From the NCBI GenBank assembly GCA_963826865.1, contig CAWGYQ010000016.1, positions 14,855-78,854 of the forward strand: a DNA stretch of 64,000 nt, read 5' to 3'. Positions 1 to 9,693 of the stretch are shown here, in pieces (position 1 is the first letter of the stretch; the number at the start of each line of letters is the position of its first letter). The position numbers were made by a program, and so were the translations under genes. The notes below the pieces were generated by a model. It did no database searches. It was not told the origin of the DNA and worked only from the letters and a program-made list of their open reading frames with translations. This stretch comes from an uncultured Acidobacteriota bacterium (GTDB lineage Bacteria > Acidobacteriota > Vicinamibacteria > Vicinamibacterales > CAVPJW01).

Positions 1-1962
1 GAAGAAGCTGCCGTCGGGATTGCGGATGCCGTCCGCCACGTTCACCTCGAACACCGTGCCCGCGCCCTGACCGGTGGCATTCACCGCGGCGAACAGGATG
101 TTCGAGTTCGTGTAGCCGAAGTCGTAGTAGATCCCGTACCCGGCCCGCACGATGTTCTTGCCATTGCCTCCGACGTCATACGCAAAGCCGATGCGTGGCT
201 GGATGTTGTTGTAATCTTCTTTCGCATCCTTGCCGAAGTCTTCGAATCCGATGAGCCCCCCCAGCTGTCCGGCCCGGGCGGCGTCGTCCACCAGCACGAA
301 ATTCGGGCTGAGGCTCTGATCGATCGCAAACCCGGTCATGAGGTCCCAGCGGATGCCCATATTCAGCGTCAGACGATCGGTCACGCGCCAGTCGTCCTGG
401 AAGTACGCCGCGAACTGTTTGGTCGGAATGTTGGCTTCGGCCGCCCCGCCCTGCAGCGTCACGAGGTCGAGCGGCCCGTTCAGGTCGTTGTCGAGGTGCC
501 GGTAGGCGTATCCGCCCGTGCCGACGTTGAACGTAATGAAGAGGCGCGGCTCATTGATGAAGTTCACGCCGGTCTTGAAGTCGTGGCCCAGCCCGCCCAA
601 CCCCGTCTGGTGCCAGGAGAAGTCGTCGCGGAACTGCCACTTGCGCTGTTCGGTGCGCTGCGGCGTGTTCGGGTTCTGGCCGATCGTCACGCCATTCGGG
701 AACTGCTCGTACGGATCGAGGCTGTTCGCCGTGATGCCGTTCTCGAAGGTGGCGAACTGGAAGATGAACTCGTTCAGCATCGAGCCGCCCACCACCCAGT
801 TGAAGTTGGAGTTGAACGAGTTGAATGTGTTCTCGCTGACGCCCCAGTTGTTCACCGGCGCCTGCGGACCAGTGCCGTACGGCTGCGAGTTGGTGTTGCG
901 GCCGTAGCGCACCGTCAGGTACTGCGTGGCGTTCAGGTTCACCTCGCTCTTGACGGTGAGCAGGTTCTCGCGCACGGGAACGGGGAAGACGCCATCCGAG
1001 CCCGGGAACAAGCCGAACGTGTTCACCAGCTGCTGCGTGTCCTGTTGCGTCCGTTCGGCGGCGAAGAAGAAATGCGCGCGGTCGCGCACGATGGGTCCGC
1101 CGACCGACCCGCCGAACTGATAGCGCTCGTAGTCCTGTTTGTCGGCGTTGTTGATCTTTTCGGTTTCGGTCTTCGAGTTCATGCCCGTGTTCCGCAGCAG
1201 CGTGAACCAGCTTCCGCGGTACTGGTTCGTGCCGCTCTTCGTGATGATGTTCATCACGCCGCCGTTGCTGCGGCCGTACTCGGCCTTGTAGCGGGCCGTC
1301 TGGAAGTTGAATTCCTGGATGGCCTCGAGCGGAAAGAGCTGCAGCAGGCCGCCGACGGTGTCGTCGTTGTTGTCGCCACCATCGATCTGATAGTTCACGT
1401 TGCGGCCATTCCCGCCGCCGATCTGCGGCGAGAACTGCGTGCTCTTGGTGGGATCCGAGTGGAATCCGAGGCCGACGCCCGGAATCGTCGCCGCGAGGTT
1501 CGCGAACTGCCGGCCGTTGAGCGGCAGATTCTCGATGGTCGTGACGTCGACGACGCCGCCGACCGATGAGGAGGTCGATTCCACGAGCGGTGACGCGCCG
1601 GTGACCGTAACGGTCTCGGTGACGGCAGCGAGCGCCAGGTCGAAGTTCACCGTGATCGTCTGGCCCACGCTCACCACGATGCCCTTGCGATCGATGGTGC
1701 TGAATCCCTGAAGCTCTGTGGTCAGATCATAGGTGCCGACCGGCAGCGCCGCGAGGCGGTAGAGACCCTCCGCGTCGCTCGTGCCGGTGCGGGAAAACCC
1801 TGTCAGTGTGTTCAGCGCGGTGACCGATGCACCAGGCACCGCCGCGCCCTGCTGATCGACCACGCGACCGGTGATGATCCCTGTGGTCTGTTGCGCATTG
1901 GCGGAGCCGACCGCGGCCAAGAGCGCGATCACGATCCATGCGCAGGAATTAAGTCGAGGCAT
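1..1962 (-). CDS. TonB-dependent receptor with an N-terminal carboxypeptidase-regulatory-like domain (N-terminal 654 codons only; the C-terminus lies beyond the left edge)
   Basis: This minus-strand frame is open all the way to position 1, so it is absent from the ORF track. The ATG is at 1960-1962 with GGAGGA at 1971-1976. My translation starts MPRLNSCAWIVIALLAAVGSANAQQTTGIITGRVVDQQGAAVPGASVTALN (signal peptide plus CarboxypepD_reg-like domain). Plug-like motifs follow: NLPLNGRQFANL and RYKAEYGRSNGGVMNIITKSGTN. Confidence 0.85.
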   Translation of the reverse strand, partial: MPRLNSCAWIVIALLAAVGSANAQQTTGIITGRVVDQQGAAVPGASVTALNTLTGFSRTGTSDAEGLYRLAALPVGTYDLTTELQGFSTIDRKGIVVSVGQTITVNFDLALAAVTETVTVTGASPLVESTSSSVGGVVDVTTIENLPLNGRQFANLAATIPGVGLGFHSDPTKSTQFSPQIGGGNGRNVNYQIDGGDNNDDTVGGLLQLFPLEAIQEFNFQTARYKAEYGRSNGGVMNIITKSGTNQYRGSWFTLLRNTGMNSKTETEKINNADKQDYERYQFGGSVGGPIVRDRAHFFFAAERTQQDTQQLVNTFGLFPGSDGVFPVPVRENLLTVKSEVNLNATQYLTVRYGRNTNSQPYGTGPQAPVNNWGVSENTFNSFNSNFNWVVGGSMLNEFIFQFATFENGITANSLDPYEQFPNGVTIGQNPNTPQRTEQRKWQFRDDFSWHQTGLGGLGHDFKTGVNFINEPRLFITFNVGTGGYAYRHLDNDLNGPLDLVTLQGGAAEANIPTKQFAAYFQDDWRVTDRLTLNMGIRWDLMTGFAIDQSLSPNFVLVDDAARAGQLGGLIGFEDFGKDAKEDYNNIQPRIGFAYDVGGNGKNIVRAGYGIYYDFGYTNSNILFAAVNATGQGAGTVFEVNVADGIRNPDGSFF

Positions 1963-2029
1963 CAGATGCGTCCTCCTTAGCTGAACCGCAGGCACGCCGG
2001 AGTGGCAGCCCATGGGGCATGCAAGAATC

Positions 2030-2045
2030 AGCAAGCGTCGAGCCA
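2030..2045 (-). promoter_or_regulatory. Candidate sigma-54 (-24/-12) promoter for the TonB-dependent receptor gene
   Basis: The minus strand reads TGGCTCGACGCTTGCT, against the consensus TGGCACG-N4-TTGCW. GG/GC spacing is correct. It sits about 70 nt upstream of the ATG at 1962. Confidence 0.4.
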
Positions 2046-2111
2046 TTCATGGCTTGGAAACGCTCACTGGCCGCTGCAGGGACGAATCAGGAAAATCGGT
2101 GACGAGTGACC

Positions 2112-2148
2112 GTTCACTGACGCGAACAGGTCGTGGAGCACTGTGAAC
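2112..2148. promoter_or_regulatory. Inverted repeat GTTCACTG-N21-CTGTGAAC (possible activator site)
   Basis: The arms match 7/8. The repeat lies 67-103 bp upstream of the -24 element at 2045. Nearby, AGTGACCGTTCACT is itself partly palindromic. Confidence 0.3.
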
Positions 2149-2324
2149 GACGTGATGACTGAGGAACGCAGGAAAGCGCTACTGGATGGGCTTCAACGAC
2201 GATCTAAAGATCCGGATCGCCGGCGGTTCAGTATCCAATTGCTTGAACAGGAGCGCTGGCAAAGATGGTCGTGAGGGCTCAATCGCACACGCGGCGGGAC
2301 GAACGGCGCGCCCTGGTGCCGTGA

Positions 2325-3095
2325 CTAGAACGCGCGCCCGAGACGCTCCTGCAGTTTCTCCCGATACCCGCGGCTGAGCGTGAGCCGCGTGCCATCGCGG
2401 AGAATGACGGCGTACTCGCCGTTGAACCAGGGCTGCAGTTCCTGGATCCGCTCGATGTTCACAATGCGGGATCGGTGGATGCGAAAGAAGCGCTGGGCGT
2501 CGAGCTTGGCCTCGAGGGCGTTCATCGTTTCGCGGAAGAGATGCGAGTCGTTGCCCAGGTGCAGACGGACGTAGTTGCCAGCCGCTTCGATCCAGTCGAT
2601 CTCATCGGTGCGCAGGAAGAAGACCCGGCCACCGGCCTTGACGACCAGTCGATCGAGCCGCTGCTGATCGGGTTTGAGATCGTGCACGAGCGCGAGGAGG
2701 CGACGCCCGAGATCGCCCGTCTGCTGGCCTTCCATCTGTTCGCGCGCACGCTGCAGGGCTTTCTGAAACCGATCGCGGTCGAACGGCTTAAGCAGGTAGT
2801 CGAGCGCGTGCACGTCGAACGCGCGCAAGGCGTACTTATCGTACGCCGTGACGAAGACGACGATGGGCATGCGATCGGGCCGGACGGCTTGAATCACGTC
2901 GAAGCCGTCGCTGCCCGGCATCTGCACGTCGAGGAACACCAGGTCGGGACCGAGCTGCTGAATGGCGGCGATGGTGCGCGCCCCGTCGGCGCACTCGGCA
3001 ACCACTTCCACATCAGGCTCGCTGCGCAGCAGCGTGCCCAGGCGCTCTCTCGCCAGCGGCTCATCGTCTGCCAGGACGGTTCGGATCTTTTTCAT
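2325..3095 (-). CDS. LytTR-family response regulator
   Basis: ORF 2325..3221 trimmed to the ATG at 3093-3095 (MKKIRTVLADDEPLARE). It has a receiver domain (FLDVQMPGSDGFD) and a C-terminal LytTR domain (FFRIHRSRIVNIERI). The start overlaps the stop of the upstream kinase gene by 4 nt (ATGA). Confidence 0.9.
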   Translation of the reverse strand: MKKIRTVLADDEPLARERLGTLLRSEPDVEVVAECADGARTIAAIQQLGPDLVFLDVQMPGSDGFDVIQAVRPDRMPIVVFVTAYDKYALRAFDVHALDYLLKPFDRDRFQKALQRAREQMEGQQTGDLGRRLLALVHDLKPDQQRLDRLVVKAGGRVFFLRTDEIDWIEAAGNYVRLHLGNDSHLFRETMNALEAKLDAQRFFRIHRSRIVNIERIQELQPWFNGEYAVILRDGTRLTLSRGYREKLQERLGRAF

Positions 3096-4219
3096 GCGAC
3101 CCTCGGTGTGGGTTTCGCGTCCACCGCGGCGACGTCTACGTGGAGCGGGATGACGATTCGCACGGTGAGGCCGCCCAGGGCGTTCGAGAACTCGAAGCGC
3201 TGACGGCTGCCGTACAGGCATTCCAGCCGTGCCCGCGTGTTCGAGAGACCGATTCCCTTTTGCAGGGCCGTCAACGCGTCCTCGGAGAGGCCCGCGCCGG
3301 TGTCGCGCACCTGCAGCCAGAGCATTTCGCCCTCGGCGCGCGCCGTGATCTCGACCAGCCCGCCTCCCGTCAGCGGTCCGATGCCGTGTCGAATGGCGTT
3401 TTCGACGACAGGCTGCAGGATCAGCGTCGGCACGCGCGCGTCGAGCACTTGCGGCTGCACGGCGAACTTGACAGTCAGGCGATCCTGGAAGCGAATCTGC
3501 TCGATCTCCAGATACTTCGCGAGAAACTCCAGCTCCTCCTTGAGAGACACTTCCTGCATGCCGCCGTGCTCGAGCGTCAGTCGCAGCAGATCGCTCAAGC
3601 GGCTGATCATCCGATCCGCATCCTCGACGTCACGGTGAAGAAGCGCCGAGATCGCGTGCAGGGTGTTGAACAGAAAGTGCGGATGGAGCTGGCCTTGAAG
3701 GGTCTTGAGCTGGGCCTCCACGAGTTTCGTTTCGAGGTGCGCGGTACGCACCTCTCGAACCCGTGCCTCGCGGTAGTAGTCCACGCCGTGCGACAACCCG
3801 ACGATGGCGCAGTAGGTCATCATGGCCCAGTCGAGGTTCATGAAGTAGTTGCGCTCGATGTATGACAGCGGGTCGCTGGCGAGCATAGTGGCCCACTTCG
3901 GATAGAGGATCATCCTCGACAGGATGAGAAGCGCGATGGTCACCAGCGAGAACACGGCGACGCCGGCGATGTGCACCGGCAGCGCGCGGCGCCAGGTCTG
4001 GCTTCCGAAGCGGAAGCGGCGCGCGAGTTGAATCGTGAGCGGCGTCAGCAGCGCCGGGGCGTACCAATACGTGAGGTTGAGGAACACGAGCGGGAACCGG
4101 AACGCCGCCTCACCGCTCTCGATGGCCACCAGGCGATGCGCCTGAAAGGCCGACGAGAACCCCAGCACGGTGGCGACGGCGAGAATCTGCCACCACGTGG
4201 GCGGCCAGCGTCGAAGCAT
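3092..4219 (-). CDS. LytS/YehU-type sensor histidine kinase
   Basis: 375 aa. The N-terminus has hydrophobic segments. Motifs present: His_kinase LHPHFLFNTLHAISALL, and HATPase_c (VENAIRHG, RDTGAGL, GIGLSNTRARL). Confidence 0.9.
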   Translation of the reverse strand: MLRRWPPTWWQILAVATVLGFSSAFQAHRLVAIESGEAAFRFPLVFLNLTYWYAPALLTPLTIQLARRFRFGSQTWRRALPVHIAGVAVFSLVTIALLILSRMILYPKWATMLASDPLSYIERNYFMNLDWAMMTYCAIVGLSHGVDYYREARVREVRTAHLETKLVEAQLKTLQGQLHPHFLFNTLHAISALLHRDVEDADRMISRLSDLLRLTLEHGGMQEVSLKEELEFLAKYLEIEQIRFQDRLTVKFAVQPQVLDARVPTLILQPVVENAIRHGIGPLTGGGLVEITARAEGEMLWLQVRDTGAGLSEDALTALQKGIGLSNTRARLECLYGSRQRFEFSNALGGLTVRIVIPLHVDVAAVDAKPTPRVA

Positions 4220-4527
4220 CCCGAAACTATGGTTCCGGCCGGGTTCTCCGTCAAGAGCCCGAACGGGCTATCTTGTTGCCGGAGAATGCATTCCAGCCCT
4301 CTGAAGGACGGGTTCAGCATGCTGCCGCGGAGCTTCGTCCCCCGATATTTGCGGTTCGTCCCAGAAGCCTGTGTGGTTCCAGGACGGTGCAACTCGTACC
4401 CGCGCCGGCGGGTTTCGACCCGTGAACAAGCTGACGGTACCGTTCCTCTTTCGCCCGGCCGCGAAACGCGCGAACATGCCCGGCCGCGTCGGAATCCTGT
4501 CCGAACGCGGACGAGGTGGATGCAGCC

Positions 4528-5427
4528 ATGAATCGACGGCCGATGTTCCCATTGCTGGTTGCGCTGGCGCTCGGTGCGCTGCCCGGGCCGGCCGCGTCGC
4601 AGTCGCCCGTCGAGCGCGCCGCACCCGCTCAGTTCGACTACGACACGAGGGCGCCGTTCGACCTGAAGGAGGCGGGCGTTGAACGGCGTGACGGCGCCGT
4701 CGTGCGCGACGTGACCTACGTGGGCGTCGCGGGCCAACGGATCGCGGCGTACCTGGTGGAGCCCGCGTCGGTGAGCCGGCGCGCGGCCGCTCTTCATGTG
4801 CACTGGGTCGAAAACGACGACCCGACATCGAACCGCACGGAATTCCTGCCGGACGCCATCGAGCTCGCGGCACGCGGCACGGTTTCGCTGCTCATCGACG
4901 CCATGTGGTCCGACCCGGCGTGGTTCATGGCGCGCAAGCACGCTGACGACTATCCGAGCTCGGTCGACCAGGTGAAAGAGTTGCGGCGCGCGGCCGACCT
5001 GCTGTTCCAGCAGCCGGACGTCAATCCCGGACGCGCAGCCTATGTCGGTCACGACTTCGGCGCGATGTACGGCACGGTCATGGCCGGTGTCGATAATCGC
5101 TTTTCGGCATGGGTGCTGATGACGCCGACCGTATCGTTCAGCGACTGGTTTCTGTACGCGCCGAAGATTGAAGGTGTGGCGCGGCAGAAATTCATTGCCG
5201 AGATGGCGCCGCTCGATCCCGTGCGGTTTGTCGCCTCCATCTCGCCCGCGCCGGTGCTCTTGCAATTCGGAACCGCCGACCCGCACGTGCCGAGGCCGAA
5301 AGCGGAGGCCTATTTCTCTGCGGCGCGCGATCCCAAGGAGATTCGGTGGTACGAGGCCGGCCATGGCTTGAACCACCAGGCGACGCGCGACCGAATCGCC
5401 TGGCTCGTCGCGAAGCTGAAGCTGTAG
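4528..5427 (+). CDS. Secreted alpha/beta-fold hydrolase (dienelactone-hydrolase-like)
   Basis: ORF 4516..5427 begins at a GTG. The ATG at 4528 has GAGGTGGA 8 nt upstream. Signal peptide: MNRRPMFPLLVALALGALPGPAASQ. VGHDFGAMYG looks like a nucleophile elbow with Asp in the nucleophile position. GHGL occurs near the C-terminus. Confidence 0.75.
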   Translation: MNRRPMFPLLVALALGALPGPAASQSPVERAAPAQFDYDTRAPFDLKEAGVERRDGAVVRDVTYVGVAGQRIAAYLVEPASVSRRAAALHVHWVENDDPTSNRTEFLPDAIELAARGTVSLLIDAMWSDPAWFMARKHADDYPSSVDQVKELRRAADLLFQQPDVNPGRAAYVGHDFGAMYGTVMAGVDNRFSAWVLMTPTVSFSDWFLYAPKIEGVARQKFIAEMAPLDPVRFVASISPAPVLLQFGTADPHVPRPKAEAYFSAARDPKEIRWYEAGHGLNHQATRDRIAWLVAKLKL

Positions 5428-5625
5428 CATCGCGCACCGCTCTCGGAAGAGCGCACGCTGAATCGGCGTGATCGCCCGTGCCGCGGCAGCCCCCGCGACA
5501 AGGGTCCTCAGCTTATAATTTCACTCGCTCCACGATCCACGATAGGACCCGTCATGGTTCAGTCGTGGAGTTGCTACGGACGCTCCGTGGCCATACGTTG
5601 AAGGTTGCTCGCCGACGGAGGGCTC

Positions 5626-5811
5626 ATGAAGGATCTGGCGCCCCACACCGTTCCGCTCGAATCCGACAAGGTGAAATTCCTCGAGCAGATGGCCAGCACC
5701 TACCACCTCGACGACATCGGCAAGGCGGTTCGGTGCCTGATTAACTACGCGCGGGAGAACCCCGATCGGCACGAAGAGATCTTCGGCGAAGTGCGGTGTC
5801 TCGATTGCTGA
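5626..5811 (+). CDS. Small hypothetical protein (61 aa; possibly ribbon-helix-helix-like, ending in CLDC)
   Basis: ORF 5605..5811 starts at a TTG. The ATG at 5626 is preceded by GGAGG (5617-5621). Sequence: MKDLAPHTVPLESDKVKFLEQMASTYHLDDIGKAVRCLINYARENPDRHEEIFGEVRCLDC. A TATAAT box lies at 5514-5519. Confidence 0.5.
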   Translation: MKDLAPHTVPLESDKVKFLEQMASTYHLDDIGKAVRCLINYARENPDRHEEIFGEVRCLDC

Positions 5812-5860
5812 CCTCTGGAGCGCGCCGATGCGTTCCGGGCCGCGCCCTCGAGTAGCCCAC

Positions 5861-6931
5861 ATGCCAAGCCTCCACCGAGTTCCCTCACCTGCGCTGCTCG
5901 TCTGGGTCCTCTCGTTGACGATCCTGGCCGCCTTCGCGCGCCAGGCCACCCCACCACCAGGTGCGCGGTACACCGGCCGGGCATTCACGTTCAACAAGAT
6001 TCGAGACGACGTCTATCACGCGGTGGGGACGGGGGCGCTGACCGTCGGGTGCAACACCGCGGTCATCGTCAATTCAGACGAAGTGATGGTGGTTGATTCA
6101 CACATTTCGCCGGCAGCGGCCTGGGCGCTCGTGGAGGAAATCAAGACGCTGACGCCGAAGCGCGTTCGCTACGTCGTGAACACGCACTTTCACTTCGATC
6201 ACGCGCACGGCAATCAGGTGTTCCCGCCGGACGTTGAAATCATCGGTCACGAGTTCACGCGCGAGATGCTGGCGGCCGGCAAGTCGAAGAGAGGACCGTC
6301 CTACGACACCTACATCGGCGGGATCCCGGCTCGCATCGACACGCTGAAGAAGCAGATTGCCGCAGCCCCCGATGGCGCCGAGCGGGAGGCGCTCACCACT
6401 CAACTCGCGGTGCTCGAGAACTATCGAATCGCGACCGACGCCGTGACCCCGGTACCGCCGACCGTCACGATGAACCAGACGATGACGCTCTATCGTGGAG
6501 GCCGCGAGATCAGGCTGATGTTTCTCGGCCGCGGCCACACGGCCGGTGACGTGGTGGTGTTCCTGCCGCGCGAACGCGTGGTGATCACCGGCGATCTGCT
6601 GACAGCCGGTGTTTCCTACCTCGGCGACGGCTATCTCCCCGACTGGCTCGACGCGCTCGAGCGGCTGAAGGCGCTGGACTTTGACACCGTGCTTCCGGGC
6701 CACGGCCAGGCGTTTGCCGGCAAGACGCGCATCGAGTTCTTCGCCGACTACCTCCGCGACTTCTGGCGGCAGGCCGGGATGCTGCACCGGGCCGGGGTGA
6801 GCGCCGAAGAGGCGGCCAGGCGGATCGACATGCGCGCGCACTCGCCACACTTTGCGGACATCAAGGACGTCGGGGTATCTCCCGACGGCGTCTATCGCGC
6901 GTATCAGCTCATCGACGGCAAGGTGCACTGA
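5861..6931 (+). CDS. MBL-fold metallo-hydrolase, secreted
   Basis: HxHxDH motif NTHFHFDHAHGN, plus GRGHTAGD. Signal-like N-terminus from ATG 5861: MPSLHRVPSPALLVWVLSLTILAAFA. An alternative ATG is at 5828. Confidence 0.85.
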   Translation: MPSLHRVPSPALLVWVLSLTILAAFARQATPPPGARYTGRAFTFNKIRDDVYHAVGTGALTVGCNTAVIVNSDEVMVVDSHISPAAAWALVEEIKTLTPKRVRYVVNTHFHFDHAHGNQVFPPDVEIIGHEFTREMLAAGKSKRGPSYDTYIGGIPARIDTLKKQIAAAPDGAEREALTTQLAVLENYRIATDAVTPVPPTVTMNQTMTLYRGGREIRLMFLGRGHTAGDVVVFLPRERVVITGDLLTAGVSYLGDGYLPDWLDALERLKALDFDTVLPGHGQAFAGKTRIEFFADYLRDFWRQAGMLHRAGVSAEEAARRIDMRAHSPHFADIKDVGVSPDGVYRAYQLIDGKVH

Positions 6932-6941
6932 AGGAGAGGGC

Positions 6942-8693
6942 ATGACACCCAGGCATACGAGCTTCACATCGTCGTCGCTGTGGGCCGCGATCGTCGTCCT
7001 GGTGGCGGCCGGCGCGTGCGCCGGCGGCTCGCCATCGAACAAACCAGCCGCGGTGGAGCCGGCCACACTCGTGCTCACGGGCGGAAAGATCGTCACCGTC
7101 GACGATCGCACGCCCGAGGCCGAAGCGCTGGCCGTGCAAGGCGACACCATCGTGGCCGTCGGCACGAGCGATGAGATTGCGGCCTATGTAGGCGACGGCA
7201 CGGCGGTGGTGGACTTGAAGGGTCGGCTGGCGATACCAGGGTTCGTGGAATCGCACGCGCATTTCACCGGTGTCGGCGACGCGAGGATGCAGCTCAACCT
7301 GATGGACGTGAAGAGCTGGGATGCCATTGTGGACATGGTGGCCGCGGCGGCCAAGACCGGCGAGCCCGGACAACTGATCCGCGGGCGCGGCTGGCACCAG
7401 GCGAAGTGGACCAGCGTGCCGACGCCCAACGTCGAGGGCGTTCCGATTCATCAGTCGCTCACCGCCGTTTCGCCGGACAATCCGGTCATTCTTCGCCATG
7501 CCAGCGGCCATGCCGCCATTGCCAACGCGAAGGCGATGGAGCTGGCGGGCATCTCGCGCCGGACACCGAATCCGCCGGGAGGCGAGATTGTCAAAGACGC
7601 GCGCGGGAACCCCACCGGCTATCTGAAAGAGACGGCCCAGCAGCTCCTCGCGCCCGTTCTGAAGGCCTCGAGCGAAGACGAGGCCCTGACACGGCGCCGG
7701 ATCGAGCTGGCTTCTCAAGAAGTCATTTCGAAGGGCGTGACCACCTTTCACGATGCCGGGACACCCTTCGAGACCATCGACGTGTTCAAGAAGGTCGCGG
7801 CTGCCGGGGAGCTGCCAGTGAGGTTGTGGGTGATGGTGGCCGCCTCGAACGAGCGGCTTGCCGCGGACCTTGATCGCTACAGGATCGTTGACCCTCCTGA
7901 CAAGCACCTGACCGTGCGCGGCATCAAAAAGGTCATGGATGGTGCGCTCGGATCGCACGGCGCCTGGCTGCTCGAGCCCTACGCTGATCTCCCGGGCAGC
8001 ACCGGTCTGAACACGCAGTCGGTCGAGGAGATCACGGAGACGGCACGCCTGGCCGCAGCGCACGGCTATCAGTTGTGCGTGCACGCCATTGGCGACAGGG
8101 CCAATCGTGAAACGCTCGACATCTTCGGAGCCGCGTTCCGGGCCAATCCCGACAAGAAGGATCTGCGCTGGCGGGTCGAGCACGCCCAACACCTGAACAG
8201 CGCCGACATCCCGCGATTTGGTCAGCTCGGGGTGATCGCCTCCATGCAGGGCGTGCACTGCACATCGGACGCGCCGTATGTCCCGGCCCGGTTGGGGTAC
8301 GAGCGGGCAGAGGAGGGCGCGTATGTCTGGCAGAAACTGATGAAGTCTGGAGCCGTCATCGCCAACGGTACGGACGCCCCGGTCGAAGACGTCAATCCCA
8401 TCGCGAGCTTCTATGCGTCAGTGTCTCGAAAGGTCAAGGATGGCTCCGTCTTTTTTCCCGATCAACGCATGAGCCGCGGCGAGGCTTTGAAGTCCTACAC
8501 GATCAATGGCGCCTACGCTGGCTTCGAAGAGGGCGTCAAGGGGTCTCTGAGGCCCGGCAAGCTCGCCGACATCGTCGTGCTCTCCAAGGACATCATGACG
8601 GTTGCGGAAGATGAGATTCCGACAACCGAGGTGCTGTACACGATTGTGGGCGGCAAAGTCGTTTTCGATCGCGCGAAGTTGGCGACGGATTGA
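6942..8693 (+). CDS. Amidohydrolase-3 family (YtcJ-like) metal-dependent hydrolase, lipoprotein
   Basis: The ATG at 6942 follows AAGGAGAG (6931-6938). Lipobox-like LVAAGACAGG. Motifs: VESHAHF, HAIGDRAN, VEHAQHL, NGTDAPVE. Confidence 0.85.
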   Translation: MTPRHTSFTSSSLWAAIVVLVAAGACAGGSPSNKPAAVEPATLVLTGGKIVTVDDRTPEAEALAVQGDTIVAVGTSDEIAAYVGDGTAVVDLKGRLAIPGFVESHAHFTGVGDARMQLNLMDVKSWDAIVDMVAAAAKTGEPGQLIRGRGWHQAKWTSVPTPNVEGVPIHQSLTAVSPDNPVILRHASGHAAIANAKAMELAGISRRTPNPPGGEIVKDARGNPTGYLKETAQQLLAPVLKASSEDEALTRRRIELASQEVISKGVTTFHDAGTPFETIDVFKKVAAAGELPVRLWVMVAASNERLAADLDRYRIVDPPDKHLTVRGIKKVMDGALGSHGAWLLEPYADLPGSTGLNTQSVEEITETARLAAAHGYQLCVHAIGDRANRETLDIFGAAFRANPDKKDLRWRVEHAQHLNSADIPRFGQLGVIASMQGVHCTSDAPYVPARLGYERAEEGAYVWQKLMKSGAVIANGTDAPVEDVNPIASFYASVSRKVKDGSVFFPDQRMSRGEALKSYTINGAYAGFEEGVKGSLRPGKLADIVVLSKDIMTVAEDEIPTTEVLYTIVGGKVVFDRAKLATD

Positions 8694-8703
8694 GGGAGAA
8701 GAA

Positions 8704-9666
8704 GTGACGCGCGTCGGAGCATCAGCCGGCGGCGCCGGCGTGACCGTCGCGGTGCTGATGTCGATCGGTCTCGCGGTGACGGCGCAGGGCCCGGGCAGGT
8801 GGTCAGATGCGCTGCCGAGGCCGGTGTATCGCACGCTCGAGCGGGTGGCCGTCGAGAGCCCCTGGTTCGAGGTCTACCGCGTCGCGCCAGGTGTTACGGC
8901 GTTCTACGAACCGGGTCACTTCGAGGAGGCGATTTCGTATCTCATCGAAGGAAAGACCTCCGCGGTTCTCTTCGACTCGGGCATGGGCATCGGCGACATC
9001 AAAGCCGTGGTCGATCGCCTGACGCGGCTCGACGTCCTGGTCGTCAATTCGCATTCGCATTTCGACCACACGGGTGGCGATGCGGCGTTCCGCCAGGTCG
9101 CCGTGCTCGACAGCGCCTATGCGCGCGAGCGCCTGTCGCGCGGCGTGCCCGATCTCTCCGGCCAGATCTCAGAGGAATCGGTGGCCCGAGCCCTACCGCC
9201 CGGTTTCGATCCCCGCTCGTACCGCCGCGACCCTATTCGTCCGACACGGTTCCTCACCGACGGCGAGACGCTCGATCTTGGCGGCCGCCGCCTCGAGGTG
9301 GTCGCGACGCCGGGCCATACTCCTGACAGTCTCTGCCTGCTCGACCGCGGAAACCGTCTGCTCTTCACCGGGGACACGTACTACCCGGCCACGCTCTATG
9401 CGCACTCGGCCGATGCCAGCTTTCCCGACTATGTGAGATCGGCCGCGCGGCTCGGTGAGCTCGCAACCGCGGTGGACATCGTGTGCCCGGGGCACAACGA
9501 GGCGCGGGTCGACGCCGCCGCGCTGACGAGATTCGCGCACGCCTTTCAGATGATCGCGGACGGTTCCGCGTCCTCGACGCCAGAACGCGACGGCGTCGTG
9601 CGTTTCGAGGTTGATGGGATCGCCGTGCTGGTGAAGACGGCTGCCGCCCCGCAGCGCGTGCCGTGA
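8704..9666 (+). CDS. MBL-fold metallo-hydrolase, probably exported
   Basis: An in-frame GTG at 8704 follows GAGGGAGAAGAA. The N-terminus is hydrophobic (GVTVAVLMSIGLAVTAQG). Motifs: NSHSHFDHTGG and TPGHTPDS. Confidence 0.8.
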   Translation: MTRVGASAGGAGVTVAVLMSIGLAVTAQGPGRWSDALPRPVYRTLERVAVESPWFEVYRVAPGVTAFYEPGHFEEAISYLIEGKTSAVLFDSGMGIGDIKAVVDRLTRLDVLVVNSHSHFDHTGGDAAFRQVAVLDSAYARERLSRGVPDLSGQISEESVARALPPGFDPRSYRRDPIRPTRFLTDGETLDLGGRRLEVVATPGHTPDSLCLLDRGNRLLFTGDTYYPATLYAHSADASFPDYVRSAARLGELATAVDIVCPGHNEARVDAAALTRFAHAFQMIADGSASSTPERDGVVRFEVDGIAVLVKTAAAPQRVP

Positions 9667-9693
9667 CAGGCTGGTTGCCGATCCAGACTCGCG

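Noticed and set aside
496-1569. 357-aa plus-strand ORF at the left end, and ORFs 4045..5430 (minus), 6098..7165 (minus), 6909..8258 (minus), 48401..49666 (plus), 50698..51975 (minus) and 61420..62631 (minus).
   Set aside because: Each lies antisense to, or out of frame with, a gene that has clear family motifs (TonB receptor, hydrolases, Ser/Thr kinase, asparaginase, Lhr). None shows a motif of its own.
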